A DNA stretch of 64,000 nucleotides from Candidatus Eiseniibacteriota bacterium. Lineage in GTDB: Bacteria > Eisenbacteria > RBG-16-71-46. Where the stretch lies: assembly GCA_963744995.1 (NCBI GenBank), contig CAVUWA010000011.1, positions 451,096 through 515,095 of the forward strand. Direction: 5' to 3'. The notes beneath the pieces were generated by a model, which worked only from the letters and a program-made list of their open reading frames with translations, made no database searches and was not told where the DNA came from. This document shows, one piece after another, positions 24,809 through 33,740 of the stretch. The number at the start of each line of letters is the position of its first letter. Within the stretch, counting starts at the first letter, position 1. The translations under genes were made by a program, and so were the position numbers.

Positions 24809-26293
24809 ATGGCCGTCGCCGTGCCGTCCCCGCCGTCTGCCCCGCGCCGCACCGCGATGCGTGCCGCCGCCCTCGCCGCGGGGGCGCTCGCGCTCGCCGC
24901 GCTCGCGGGCTGCGGGATGTTCAAGAAGGAATCGCCGAAGGCCGAGATCCCGATCGAGCCGGTCGAGCGGCGCACGATCGCTCTGACCGTCGAGGCGACG
25001 GGAACGGTCGAGCCGATCGATCTCGTGGAGGTGAAGTCCAAGGCCTCGGGGCAGATCCTCAAGATGCCCGTCGCGGTCGGCTCGGTGGTGAAGCCGGGGG
25101 ACCTGCTCGCGCAGATCGACAAGGTGGACGTGCAGAACGCGTACGACCAGGCGCAGGCGGCGCTGGTCGCGGCGGAGACGCGCTCCAGGGTGGCCGCCGC
25201 GCAGAAGCAGCGCTCGGACGACCTGCTGGCCTCCGGAGTGATCACCGCGGAGGAGCACGAGACGACCGAGCTCGACTTCGCCAACGCACAATCGGCGCTG
25301 GTGCAGGCGCGCACCAACCTCGACACCGCGCGCCAGCGTCTCGAGGACGCCACCGTGCGCGCGCCGATCGCCGGCACGATTCTGTCGCAGCCGGTCGCGG
25401 TGGGGCAGGTGATCTCGTCCGCGACGAGCTCGGTGAGCGGCGGCACGACGCTGCTCACGATGGCCGACCTGTCGCGGATCCGCATGCGCGTGCTGGTCGC
25501 CGAGACCGACATCGGTCACGTCAAACCGGGCCAGCCCGCGACGGTGACGGTGGACGCCTATCCCAACCGGCCGTTCCGCGGCGTGGTCGAGAAGATCGAG
25601 CCGCAGGCGGTGGTGCAGCAGTCGGTGACGCAGTTCCCCGTGCTGGTCTCCATGAGCAACGAGGACGGCCTGCTGCTGCCGGGCATGAACGGCGAAGTCA
25701 CGATGCTGGTCGCGCGCGCGAACGACGTGCTGGCGGTGCCGGTCGACGCGTTGCGCGGCATGCGCGAGGCCGGTCAGGTGGCGACGGCGCTCGGGCTCGA
25801 GCCCGACTCGATCCGCGCGCGCATGCGGGCGGCGATGACGGCGTCCGTCGCCGGCGCAGGCGGGACGGGCGGCGCCGGCGTGGACTCGGCGCGTGCGGCG
25901 CGGCGCGCGGCCCGCGCACGGCGCGGCGGCACGGGCGGGTCTGCGAACGGCGGCGGCGCACGGGCGGGCGGGTTCGGTGGCGCCGGCGGGGGCCGCAGCT
26001 TCGGCGGCGGCGCGGCGGGCGGTGCGAACGGCGCCTCGCAGATCCAGGTCGCGTTCGTGAAGAAGGGCGAGCGCTACGAGCCGCGCGTCGTGCGCGTCGG
26101 CATCAGCGACTTCGAATACACGCAGGTGCTGAGCGGCCTCGAAGAAGGCGACGAAGTCGCACTGCTGAGCGTGGCCGAGATCCAGGCGCAGCGCAACGCG
26201 CTCACGCAGCGCATCCGCTCGCGCATGGGCAGCGGCCTGACCAACAGCAGCAGCAACAGCAGCAACAGCCAGCGCTCCGGCGGCGGGCGCTGA
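24809..26293 (+). CDS. MacA-like periplasmic adaptor (lipoprotein) with Gly-rich insert
   Basis: SD GAGGAG; lipobox LAGC; ATGTVEP..VEVKSKASG, VRAPIAG, ETDIGHVKPGQ, LLPGM. Confidence 0.9.
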   Translation: MAVAVPSPPSAPRRTAMRAAALAAGALALAALAGCGMFKKESPKAEIPIEPVERRTIALTVEATGTVEPIDLVEVKSKASGQILKMPVAVGSVVKPGDLLAQIDKVDVQNAYDQAQAALVAAETRSRVAAAQKQRSDDLLASGVITAEEHETTELDFANAQSALVQARTNLDTARQRLEDATVRAPIAGTILSQPVAVGQVISSATSSVSGGTTLLTMADLSRIRMRVLVAETDIGHVKPGQPATVTVDAYPNRPFRGVVEKIEPQAVVQQSVTQFPVLVSMSNEDGLLLPGMNGEVTMLVARANDVLAVPVDALRGMREAGQVATALGLEPDSIRARMRAAMTASVAGAGGTGGAGVDSARAARRAARARRGGTGGSANGGGARAGGFGGAGGGRSFGGGAAGGANGASQIQVAFVKKGERYEPRVVRVGISDFEYTQVLSGLEEGDEVALLSVAEIQAQRNALTQRIRSRMGSGLTNSSSNSSNSQRSGGGR

Positions 26294-26315
26294 CGGCGAG
26301 GCGGAGGACCGGGCC

Positions 26316-27533
26316 ATGCTGATCGCAGAGACGCTGCGGGTCGCCATCGAGGCGCTGCGCGCCAACAAGCTGCGCTCGTTCCTCACCATGCTCGGCATCG
26401 TGATCGGCGTCGGCGCCGTGATCGCGATGGTCGCACTCGGCCGCGGCGCGCAGCAGTCGGTGAACGAGCGCATTGCCGCGCTCGGCACCACGCTGCTCTC
26501 GGTGCGCCCCGGTCAGGGGTTCGGGCGGGGCCGTGTAGCCGGCGCAGACCGGGCCGAGCTGACCTTCGACGATGCGGCGGCGATCGAGAAGGAGGCCACC
26601 TACGTGACCGCCGTTCAGCCCGAGATCGAACGCTCGCTGCAGGTCCAGTACGAGAACCGCAACACCAACACCGACATCGTCGGCACGACGCCGAACTACC
26701 TCGAGGTGCGCAAGTACGCGATCGAGTACGGCAAGATGTTCGATCAGGCCGACGACGCCGGCCGGCGCCGCGTCGCCGTCGTCGGACCGCAGGTCGTCTC
26801 GGACCTCGAGATCGCGAACCCCGAAACCCTCGTCGGCGGGACCATCCGCATCGGCGGCATCCAGTTCACCGTGGTCGGCGTGCTGGCCAGCAAAGGGCAG
26901 GTCGGTTTCGGCAATCCGGACGATCAGGTGCTGATCCCGATCCAGACCGCGCGGTACCGGCTGATCGGCGGTGACCAGCTGCGACAGATCGGCGCGCTCG
27001 CCGTGTCGGAGGCGGACGTGCCGCTGGCGATGGCGGAGATCCAGAAGATCCTGCGGCGATCGCATCGTCTGCGCGCCGGGCAGGAGGACGACTTCTCGGT
27101 GCGCAACCAGTCGGACTTCCTCTCGACGCTCGGCGAGACCACGCAGGTGTTCACGCTGCTGCTCGCCGGGATCGCGGCGGTGAGCCTGCTGGTCGGCGGC
27201 ATCGGCATCATGAACATCATGCTGGTCTCGGTGACCGAGCGGACCCGCGAGATCGGGATCCGCAAGGCGCTCGGCGCGACGCAGATGAACATCCTGCTGC
27301 AGTTCCTGATCGAGGCGGTGGTGCTCTGCATGCTGGGCGGGGTGATCGGGGTGGTGATCGGCGGCGGCGGCGCGGTGGTCATGCGCAATTTCTTCAACTG
27401 GAACACCGCCGTCGGCCCGTCTTCGGTGGTGATCGCGTTCCTGTTCTCGTTCGCAGTCGGCATCCTGTTCGGGGTCTGGCCCGCGCGCCGCGCCGCGTCG
27501 CTCGATCCGATCGAGGCGCTCAGGTACGAGTAG
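26316..27533 (+). CDS. MacB-type ABC transporter permease (no NBD)
   Basis: NKLRSFLTMLGIVIGV, GGIGIMNIMLVSVTERTREIGIRKALGA, PIEALRYE. Confidence 0.95.
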   Translation: MLIAETLRVAIEALRANKLRSFLTMLGIVIGVGAVIAMVALGRGAQQSVNERIAALGTTLLSVRPGQGFGRGRVAGADRAELTFDDAAAIEKEATYVTAVQPEIERSLQVQYENRNTNTDIVGTTPNYLEVRKYAIEYGKMFDQADDAGRRRVAVVGPQVVSDLEIANPETLVGGTIRIGGIQFTVVGVLASKGQVGFGNPDDQVLIPIQTARYRLIGGDQLRQIGALAVSEADVPLAMAEIQKILRRSHRLRAGQEDDFSVRNQSDFLSTLGETTQVFTLLLAGIAAVSLLVGGIGIMNIMLVSVTERTREIGIRKALGATQMNILLQFLIEAVVLCMLGGVIGVVIGGGGAVVMRNFFNWNTAVGPSSVVIAFLFSFAVGILFGVWPARRAASLDPIEALRYE

Positions 27534-27561
27534 CGGCGGCCGGGGGACGACCCGGCGTGAT

Positions 27562-28019
27562 GTGGTCGACGGCCGCGGCCCGCCGCTTTCGCGCGAGATC
27601 GTGGGCTGGTACACCCGGCCCACCATCCACCGCGAGCTCGTGCTCGATGCCGCGCTGATGGCGGTGCACCGCACGCGTCGCCATCACGCGCTCGCGTACT
27701 CGGATCAAGGCACGCAATTCGGCAGCGATGCGCGGCGGCACTTCTGCCGCTCGAACCACCCCGAGTCGAGCATGTGTCGCAAGAGCAACTGCTGGGACAA
27801 TGCGGCGGCCGAATTCTTCTTCGCCAGCAGAAGAAGGAGCGGATCAATAAGCAGAGCTACAAGGACCACGAGCTAGCTACGGCCGATGTGTCCGACTACA
27901 CCTTGGCGTTCGACAATCGCTCACGCCGCCATTGCCATTTTCGACGCGTCAGTCCCGAGCAGTTTGAAGCAGTCCACAAGACGGGGCGCCAGGGTATCCA
28001 CTCAATCCTGGCAACTCCA
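27562..28019 (+). pseudogene. IS3-family transposase OrfB C-terminal relic with right terminal inverted repeat
   Basis: SREIVGW, YSDQGTQF, CWDNAAAEFFF, then a frameshift near 27828 into KKERI...FDNRSRRH...SPEQFE; IR-like gtatccactcaatcctggcaactcCA ending at 28019. Confidence 0.85.
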
Positions 28020-28061
28020 GTCATCGCTTCGCCATCGGGATCTCTCAATGTTCGGCGCTCT

Positions 28062-28436
28062 CTATCTGGCGGGCACCCGCACCAACGGGCCTGACGGTGC
28101 ATCACCGTCCCCGACGAGCCTGCGTTCCACGTATAGGGAGTCGCCCCGTAGGACAAGGGTGACAAGCGTGGGTGTTGGCCCTCCCGCGATCGCGAAATCG
28201 AGGGCACCGTTCGGTCGAACCAATCCCGAAGCTGCGGCGTCCTTCCAGTAGCCGAGCACCCGCCGCGCGTCTTGTTGATAGAGATACAACGTAGCGTCCG
28301 ACTCGCCAGTCTTCCATCTTCCGGTGAATGGAAATACGCGCTCGCGCTCGGTGGCAGAGCGATGCCGTGGCGAGGAGCAAGCGACCAGTACGGCAAGCAG
28401 AAGGACAGCATACAACAAGGTGCGTTTTAGCGTCAC
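28062..28436 (-). CDS. Hypothetical lipoprotein (lower-GC islet)
   Basis: Lipobox LVAC; FTGRW motif; codon usage differs from flanking genes. Confidence 0.6.
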   Translation of the reverse strand: MTLKRTLLYAVLLLAVLVACSSPRHRSATERERVFPFTGRWKTGESDATLYLYQQDARRVLGYWKDAAASGLVRPNGALDFAIAGGPTPTLVTLVLRGDSLYVERRLVGDGDAPSGPLVRVPAR

Positions 28437-28450
28437 GGCAAGCCTTGGTA

Positions 28451-28840
28451 CTATTCTGAGGAGCTACTAGCGGGGGCCAGGTTCACGTTCACGACATGCG
28501 AGTTCAGGCCATACCATGATCCCGTGGCCGCGTCGATAATTACCGGAACCAAACCACCGAGCACATCAAGAATTACCCAACCGGCGCCAACACCGTTGTT
28601 GAGCGTAGCGGTGGCCTCCTGTCCATGCTTCTTGAACGTGATGACGTAGCTCTTCTTGTTCGACAGCTCCAGCGACATGGGAGTAACGCCCATGCGATTG
28701 CCGTCAATCCAAATCTCTGCTCCGCTTGGATTCGTTTGCATGGCAACCGACGAGTTCTTCGCTGCGAAGATCGTCGCGCATCCAGCGAGCATCGCAATAG
28801 CGGGAACCACGAGCAACAGCCTTCCGAGCCCGATTCGCAT
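28451..28840 (-). CDS. PEGA-domain lipoprotein
   Basis: SD GGAGG; LAGCATIF; TNPSGAEIWIDG...GVTP; C-terminal IIDAATGSWY. Confidence 0.85.
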   Translation of the reverse strand: MRIGLGRLLLVVPAIAMLAGCATIFAAKNSSVAMQTNPSGAEIWIDGNRMGVTPMSLELSNKKSYVITFKKHGQEATATLNNGVGAGWVILDVLGGLVPVIIDAATGSWYGLNSHVVNVNLAPASSSSE

Positions 28841-29089
28841 GACGACCTCCGTCACAATCTCTAGAGACAATGGCTTCAACTGATAGTGGAAGGGACTCCC
28901 GCGAGCCACGGTACTCCCGCCGCAGGCCGCTCCGCAAGGGACCGTGCTCTATCTGAGTAGCTGTTCAACCGAGGTCCTTCTGACGGACTTTGGGTGGTGT
29001 CTGACGCCATTCCAACCCGATCAGAGAGGAGCCCCGGATGGACGCTCACAGTGGGGCATGAACCTGCCCCTCGAGTCGAGCCCTGCTGG

Positions 29090-29540
29090 TGCGGCGTGCG
29101 TGCAGCAGCGTGACGTAGCCGTGCAGGTCCTCGGTGGGCCGCAACGTCAGCGCGAGGATCTCATCGCTCGCGTCGTCGATCGCGCCCATCAGGCCCCAGC
29201 GCGATCCGGCGCCATCAAACCACTGGAACGGACTGCCATCGATCAGTACCAGTTCGCCACCTCATGCCCGGCGTTCGCGCCGTCGGCGATGCTGTGGCGG
29301 GCGCCGTCGCCGCTTGGGCGGCACCTTTCGCGCCCGGCGGAGCCGACGCACCGTCGCGGGGCTAACCTCGACCTGTTCCTCCGCCAGCAGATCGGCGATG
29401 GTCGTTCGGCTTGATGCCGACGGTCAGCAGCGCCACCACCCGCTCGAGCGTCGGCTCCGCCAGGCGCCGCGCCGAAGGGCGCCCCCGGTTGCCGTGCACG
29501 ATCCCGCGTTCGCCGCGTTCGCGCACCTGCTTCCGCACGC
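29090..29540 (-). pseudogene. ISNCY / IS1202-like transposase relic
   Basis: Manual minus-strand translation: RKQVRERGERGIVHGNRGRPS..., frameshift near 29400, IADLLAEEQVEVSPATVRR...RRERRA*GGELVLIDGSPFQW...GAIDDAS...RPTEDLHGY; one in-frame TGA; truncated at both ends. Confidence 0.85.
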
Positions 29541-29803
29541 CCCCCGGGCGCCGCGTGCGGCGGCCGGGGCCGCGGCGCGCTCGAAACCGGGACCGGACGG
29601 CGGGCCCGGCGCCCGGCCGGGCGGGCCGCGACGTGCGGGCCGCGTCGTGCGGGCCTGCGGCCGCCCAATGGCCGCCGATCCGCGGTCACCATCCCGTCGC
29701 AGTTTCACGGGTGGCGCCGGCCCCGCTCCGGCCGGTATCCTTGGGTCCCCGTTTCGCCGAGGTCCGCCGCGCCTCGCCACCCTGATCGTCCGGAGGACCC
29801 ACC

Positions 29804-32269
29804 TTGCGCCGACGGCCCATGCCGCTTCTCGCCCTGCTCACCCTCGCGCTCGTTCCCGCCGTCGCCCAGGCGCAGGTGCTGCGCAACATGGACCTGAAGT
29901 CGCACTGGGACGAGTACTTCGTCCAGGCCTCGGGCGGCAACGAATACAGCTCGTGCTGGGGCTACGTGCACGGCGACGGCCGCGAGTACGCGCTGCTCGG
30001 CACCGCGCAGGGCACCGCGATCTACAACGTCACCGATCCGGTCAACTCGTACAAGGTGGGGTTCATCCCCGGCGTCACCTCGACCTGGCGCAACATCAAG
30101 TCGTACCGGAACTGGGTCTACGTGGTGAGCGAAGGCCCCGGCGCGGGCGAGGGCCTGCAGGTCATCAGCATGGCCGACCCGGAGAATCCCGTGCTCACGA
30201 CCACGCTGACCACGTCGTTCAGCCTCGCGCATACGATGCACGTCGACACGACGCGCGCGCTGCTGTTCGCCAACGGCACCCGGCTGTACAGCGGGAGCCC
30301 CGGCGTCTACAGCGACATCGGCATGCGCATCCTGTCGCTGGCGGATCCTTCCAATCCGGTCGAGATCGGCGAGTACGGCCAGGGCGGCTATCCCGCCACC
30401 TACGTGCACGATAGCTTCGAGCACGGGAACCGGCTCTACCTGGCATGCATCTACAGCGGGCTCGTCCGCGTGCTCGACACGACCAACCCGGCGGCGCCGA
30501 TCGAACTCAACAGCTGGACCTACCCGGGCGCGTTCACGCACAACCTGTGGACCGACGACAGCGGCACCGTGCTCTACGTGTCCGACGAGACGCAGGGTGA
30601 GCCGATCAAGGTGTTCGACGTCAGCGACGTCATGAATCCCGTGCAGGTGAACGCGTTCACGCCGAACCCGAACGCGATCCTCCACAACGTGCACGTCCGC
30701 GGCGACGAGCTCTACGTGGCCGGCTACACCGAAGGCCTGCGCGTCCTCGATATCACCGACCCGCGGCATCCGGCCGAGTTCGCGAGCGCCGACTCCTATG
30801 CGGGCCCCTCCGGCGGCTACAACGGCGTGTGGGAAACGTACCCGTACTTCCCGTCCGGGACCGTGATCGCGAGCGACATGCAGACCGGGCTCTACGTGTA
30901 CCGGCCGGTGCGCGACTACGGCATCGTGCGCGTGAACGTCGTCGACGTCGACACGCAGCAGCCGGTCGAGGGCGTGAGCGTCTACATCTCCGTGCTGAAC
31001 GACTCGCTGACGACCCCGGCCGACGGCATCGTGCAGTTCGGTCCGGATCCGGGCGCCTATACCGTCAGTTCGAAGCGCTTCGGCTGGACCGGCGCCGCCG
31101 CGAACTTGAACGTCGTGAACGGCGGACGCGACACGCTCACGCTCGCCATCCGGCAGAAGGCGCCTGCCAGCTGGTCGGGCACCCTGCGGGACGCGATGAC
31201 GCTGGCGCCGCTCGAGGATGCGGATCTCGAGCTGCGCTACACGCTGCTCACGGCCACGACCGACGTCAATGGTGACTTCGCCTTCCCTGCGGTGCCGGAA
31301 GACATCTACGCGCTCCTGACCCACAGCCCGGGTCACGTTCCGAACGAGTCGAACCGGTACATCGGCCCGGGGTCCACGGGGCCGGTGACGATCGACGTCC
31401 AGCCCGCGCCGATCTACGACGACCTCGAAGCGCCGAGCGGCTGGACCGTGGGCGCCGCCGGCGACGACGCGACCAGCGGGATCTGGGTGCGCGTCGAGCC
31501 GCTCGGCACCGGCCAGCCGCAGCCCGGCGACGTGCAGACCGAATACGATCGCACGCCCGGCGCCGGCCAGATGTGCTACGTCACCGGCCAGGGCACGACG
31601 CCCGGCTCGCTCGGCGAGGCCGACGTGGACAACGGCCGCACCTCGCTCACCACGCCGGCGCTCGATCTCTCGGGCATGTCCGACCCGCACGTCGGCTGGT
31701 GGCAGTGGTTCTACTCGAACGGCACCCTCGACGACTGGTTCGCGGTACGGGTCAGCAACGACAACGGCGCGACGTGGACCGACGTGGACACGCTGCGCGG
31801 CCCCGACACGGCCCCGTCGTGGAAGGAACGCACGATCCGGATCGCCGACTACGTGACGCCGACCGCGCAGACCATGGTGCGCTTCGTGGCGGCGGATCTC
31901 GGCGGCAGCTCGGTCGTGGAGTGCGCGGTGGACGACCTGATCGCATGGGACGCGGCCGGAACGGTGTCGATTCCCGCCGGGCCCCGTGCGGCGGCGCTGC
32001 GCTTCCGTGCTCCGCGGCCGAACCCCGCGGCGGGCGCGGTCGCCCTGACCCTCGAAGTTCCGGTGCGGACCGATCTGGACATTGCCGTATTCGACGTGAC
32101 CGGCCGGCGGGTGAGGACTTTGCATCGTGGTGTCGTTCCGGCCGGGCCTTTCGCCGTACGCTGGGACGGCACCGACGTCCGCGGACGGCGTGCGCCCGCC
32201 GGGCTCTACTTCGCCCGTGCCGAGGGCGCCGGGGTGAGCGCCGAAACCCGCGTGGTCAGGGTGCCGTAG
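29804..32269 (+). CDS. Choice-of-anchor B family secreted protein (LVIVD propeller, carboxypeptidase-regulatory-like domains, C-terminal FlgD-Ig/sorting domain)
   Basis: SD GGAGG before TTG; CWGY..GREYAL, HDSF, THNLW, HNVHV, YPYFPSG; tail PRPNP...FDVTGRRVRTL...WDGTD..G...PAGLYFAR. Confidence 0.85.
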   Translation: MRRRPMPLLALLTLALVPAVAQAQVLRNMDLKSHWDEYFVQASGGNEYSSCWGYVHGDGREYALLGTAQGTAIYNVTDPVNSYKVGFIPGVTSTWRNIKSYRNWVYVVSEGPGAGEGLQVISMADPENPVLTTTLTTSFSLAHTMHVDTTRALLFANGTRLYSGSPGVYSDIGMRILSLADPSNPVEIGEYGQGGYPATYVHDSFEHGNRLYLACIYSGLVRVLDTTNPAAPIELNSWTYPGAFTHNLWTDDSGTVLYVSDETQGEPIKVFDVSDVMNPVQVNAFTPNPNAILHNVHVRGDELYVAGYTEGLRVLDITDPRHPAEFASADSYAGPSGGYNGVWETYPYFPSGTVIASDMQTGLYVYRPVRDYGIVRVNVVDVDTQQPVEGVSVYISVLNDSLTTPADGIVQFGPDPGAYTVSSKRFGWTGAAANLNVVNGGRDTLTLAIRQKAPASWSGTLRDAMTLAPLEDADLELRYTLLTATTDVNGDFAFPAVPEDIYALLTHSPGHVPNESNRYIGPGSTGPVTIDVQPAPIYDDLEAPSGWTVGAAGDDATSGIWVRVEPLGTGQPQPGDVQTEYDRTPGAGQMCYVTGQGTTPGSLGEADVDNGRTSLTTPALDLSGMSDPHVGWWQWFYSNGTLDDWFAVRVSNDNGATWTDVDTLRGPDTAPSWKERTIRIADYVTPTAQTMVRFVAADLGGSSVVECAVDDLIAWDAAGTVSIPAGPRAAALRFRAPRPNPAAGAVALTLEVPVRTDLDIAVFDVTGRRVRTLHRGVVPAGPFAVRWDGTDVRGRRAPAGLYFARAEGAGVSAETRVVRVP

Positions 32270-32318
32270 ACAGACGGGGCCGCCACCGGGAGACCGGCCC
32301 GCGAACAGGAGATGCGAC

Positions 32319-32834
32319 ATGTCCTGGTTCCGCTTTCGGGCTGCGGTCCCCGTGGCCCTGCTGGTGATGGTGTCTTCCATGGTGTTCAGCGACGCGCCGG
32401 GCGCCGACGACTCGAAGCGCCCCGCACGCCGCCAGGCTGCGGGGAGCGAGGTGGGCGCGCCGCGCCGCCAGGCGGCCGGGAAGTCGGTGGGTGCACCGAA
32501 GCGCCGCGCCGCGTCGCGCGGCAGCGCGGCCGCAGCGCAGGCGGCGCGCGCCGCCGCCACGCGCGCCACGACGTCGCCGGCCGACTCGGGCACCACGGCC
32601 GTGCGCGATTCGAGCGGGGCGGCGCCGGCCGCCGCGCCGCACGACAGCGCGACCGGTCACGCGGCGGCCCAGGGCGGCAAGGGTGCGGCCGGCCGCGACA
32701 CCACCGCGCAGAAGCCCGACCGTGACGAGCCCCGCGACGAGGCGCCCGTGCACGGCCCCAGGCTGCCGGTATGGCCCGGGATCTCGCTCGCGAATCCCTC
32801 CGCCGGGCACGACATGGTCGCCGCGGCCCGGTAG
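32319..32834 (+). CDS. Hypothetical exported low-complexity protein
   Basis: SD AGGAG; signal-like N-terminus; Ala/Arg-rich repeats RRQAAGxxVGAP. Confidence 0.5.
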   Translation: MSWFRFRAAVPVALLVMVSSMVFSDAPGADDSKRPARRQAAGSEVGAPRRQAAGKSVGAPKRRAASRGSAAAAQAARAAATRATTSPADSGTTAVRDSSGAAPAAAPHDSATGHAAAQGGKGAAGRDTTAQKPDRDEPRDEAPVHGPRLPVWPGISLANPSAGHDMVAAAR

Positions 32835-33079
32835 GGCCGGGCGCCCGCGTGCCGCGCCACCGTCGGCGGCGCGGCAGGCGTGGCGCCCGCTGCGGCGGCG
32901 CCCGGCAGCCCGCCCGACGCGTGCGCGGCATCGGCCCCGGCCCGCACGTCGGCCGCCCCCGCGCCGGGCCCGGTGCGTTCATCCACGGCAGCCGCAACGA
33001 CATGGCTGCCGTGCCGGCCGCCGGCCCCGCGCTGGTTCCCCCATTGGACCATGGCGCAGGGCCCGTACATTTGCGTTTC

Positions 33080-33583
33080 ATGAACAACAGCGGCAGCCTT
33101 TCCTGCCGATACTTCATGCACATGAACCGCCATTCCTTCGCATCCGCGCGCCGGGCGGCGCTCGCCCTCCTGGGCCTCCCGCTCTTCCTGCTGGGCATCA
33201 ACTACTGCCTGGTGGGCGCGGTGATGCCCGGTGGCCCGCGGGCGATGCCGTGCATGTCGAAGGGCGCGGTCGCGGTGTCCAGCGAGGCGATGCCCGCCTC
33301 CCACGCAGGCCACTGCGCGGCGATGGCGAAAGAGGCGCAGAAGAAGGACGCCGCCCCGGCGCCTGCCGCGCCATGCTGCATCGCCGTCACCCCCGTGGTC
33401 GCCCCCGAGGCCGGCAAGGTGCCGGCGCCGGTCGTGGCGATCCTGCCCGCTGCCTCCGACGCGGCGCTGCTCACCCCCGCGCCCGTGACCGCCGGCGATC
33501 TGCTGCGTGCGACGCCGGAGTCTCCGCCGCACCTCGCCGCACGCGGCGCGCCTTCCGCGCCGCGCGCGCCCCCCGCCGCCTAG
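33080..33583 (+). CDS. Putative metal-sensing leader / ribosome arrest peptide (DUF2946/CruR-like); start at 33080, 33116 or 33122
   Basis: Hydrophobic N-terminal segment; C, MPCM, HAGHC, PCC residues; Pro-rich tail ending PRAPPAA-stop; directly upstream of the cusC-like gene; TTGGAC-N16-TACATT promoter just before 33080. Confidence 0.7.
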   Translation: MNNSGSLSCRYFMHMNRHSFASARRAALALLGLPLFLLGINYCLVGAVMPGGPRAMPCMSKGAVAVSSEAMPASHAGHCAAMAKEAQKKDAAPAPAAPCCIAVTPVVAPEAGKVPAPVVAILPAASDAALLTPAPVTAGDLLRATPESPPHLAARGAPSAPRAPPAA

Positions 33584-33740
33584 TTCCTCTCCGAAACCAC
33601 GGCACGCTTCCGTGCGCCCGTTCGCGGGCGTTCGCAGGCGGACACTGAACGTCTAGCGGGGCGCCGTCCCCGAAACCCGCGTGGGTATCGCCGCCATGGC
33701 GCGTTGCAAGCGCCGGCGCGGCTGGAGGAACAAGGTGGCC

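Noticed and set aside
26241..26272. (CAG/CAA)n microsatellite-like run
   Set aside because: Simply encodes the Ser/Asn-rich C-terminal tail of the MacA-like protein.
28020..28970. Integron cassette array (GCCGAAC after the 28062 gene; GTTGAAC upstream)
   Set aside because: No complete attC palindrome, only 14 bp between the two genes and no integrase in the window.
33598..33617. Sigma54 promoter before the cusC-like gene (cggcac...gtgc)
   Set aside because: GG-to-GC spacing is one base too long; better explained as part of an RNA hairpin.
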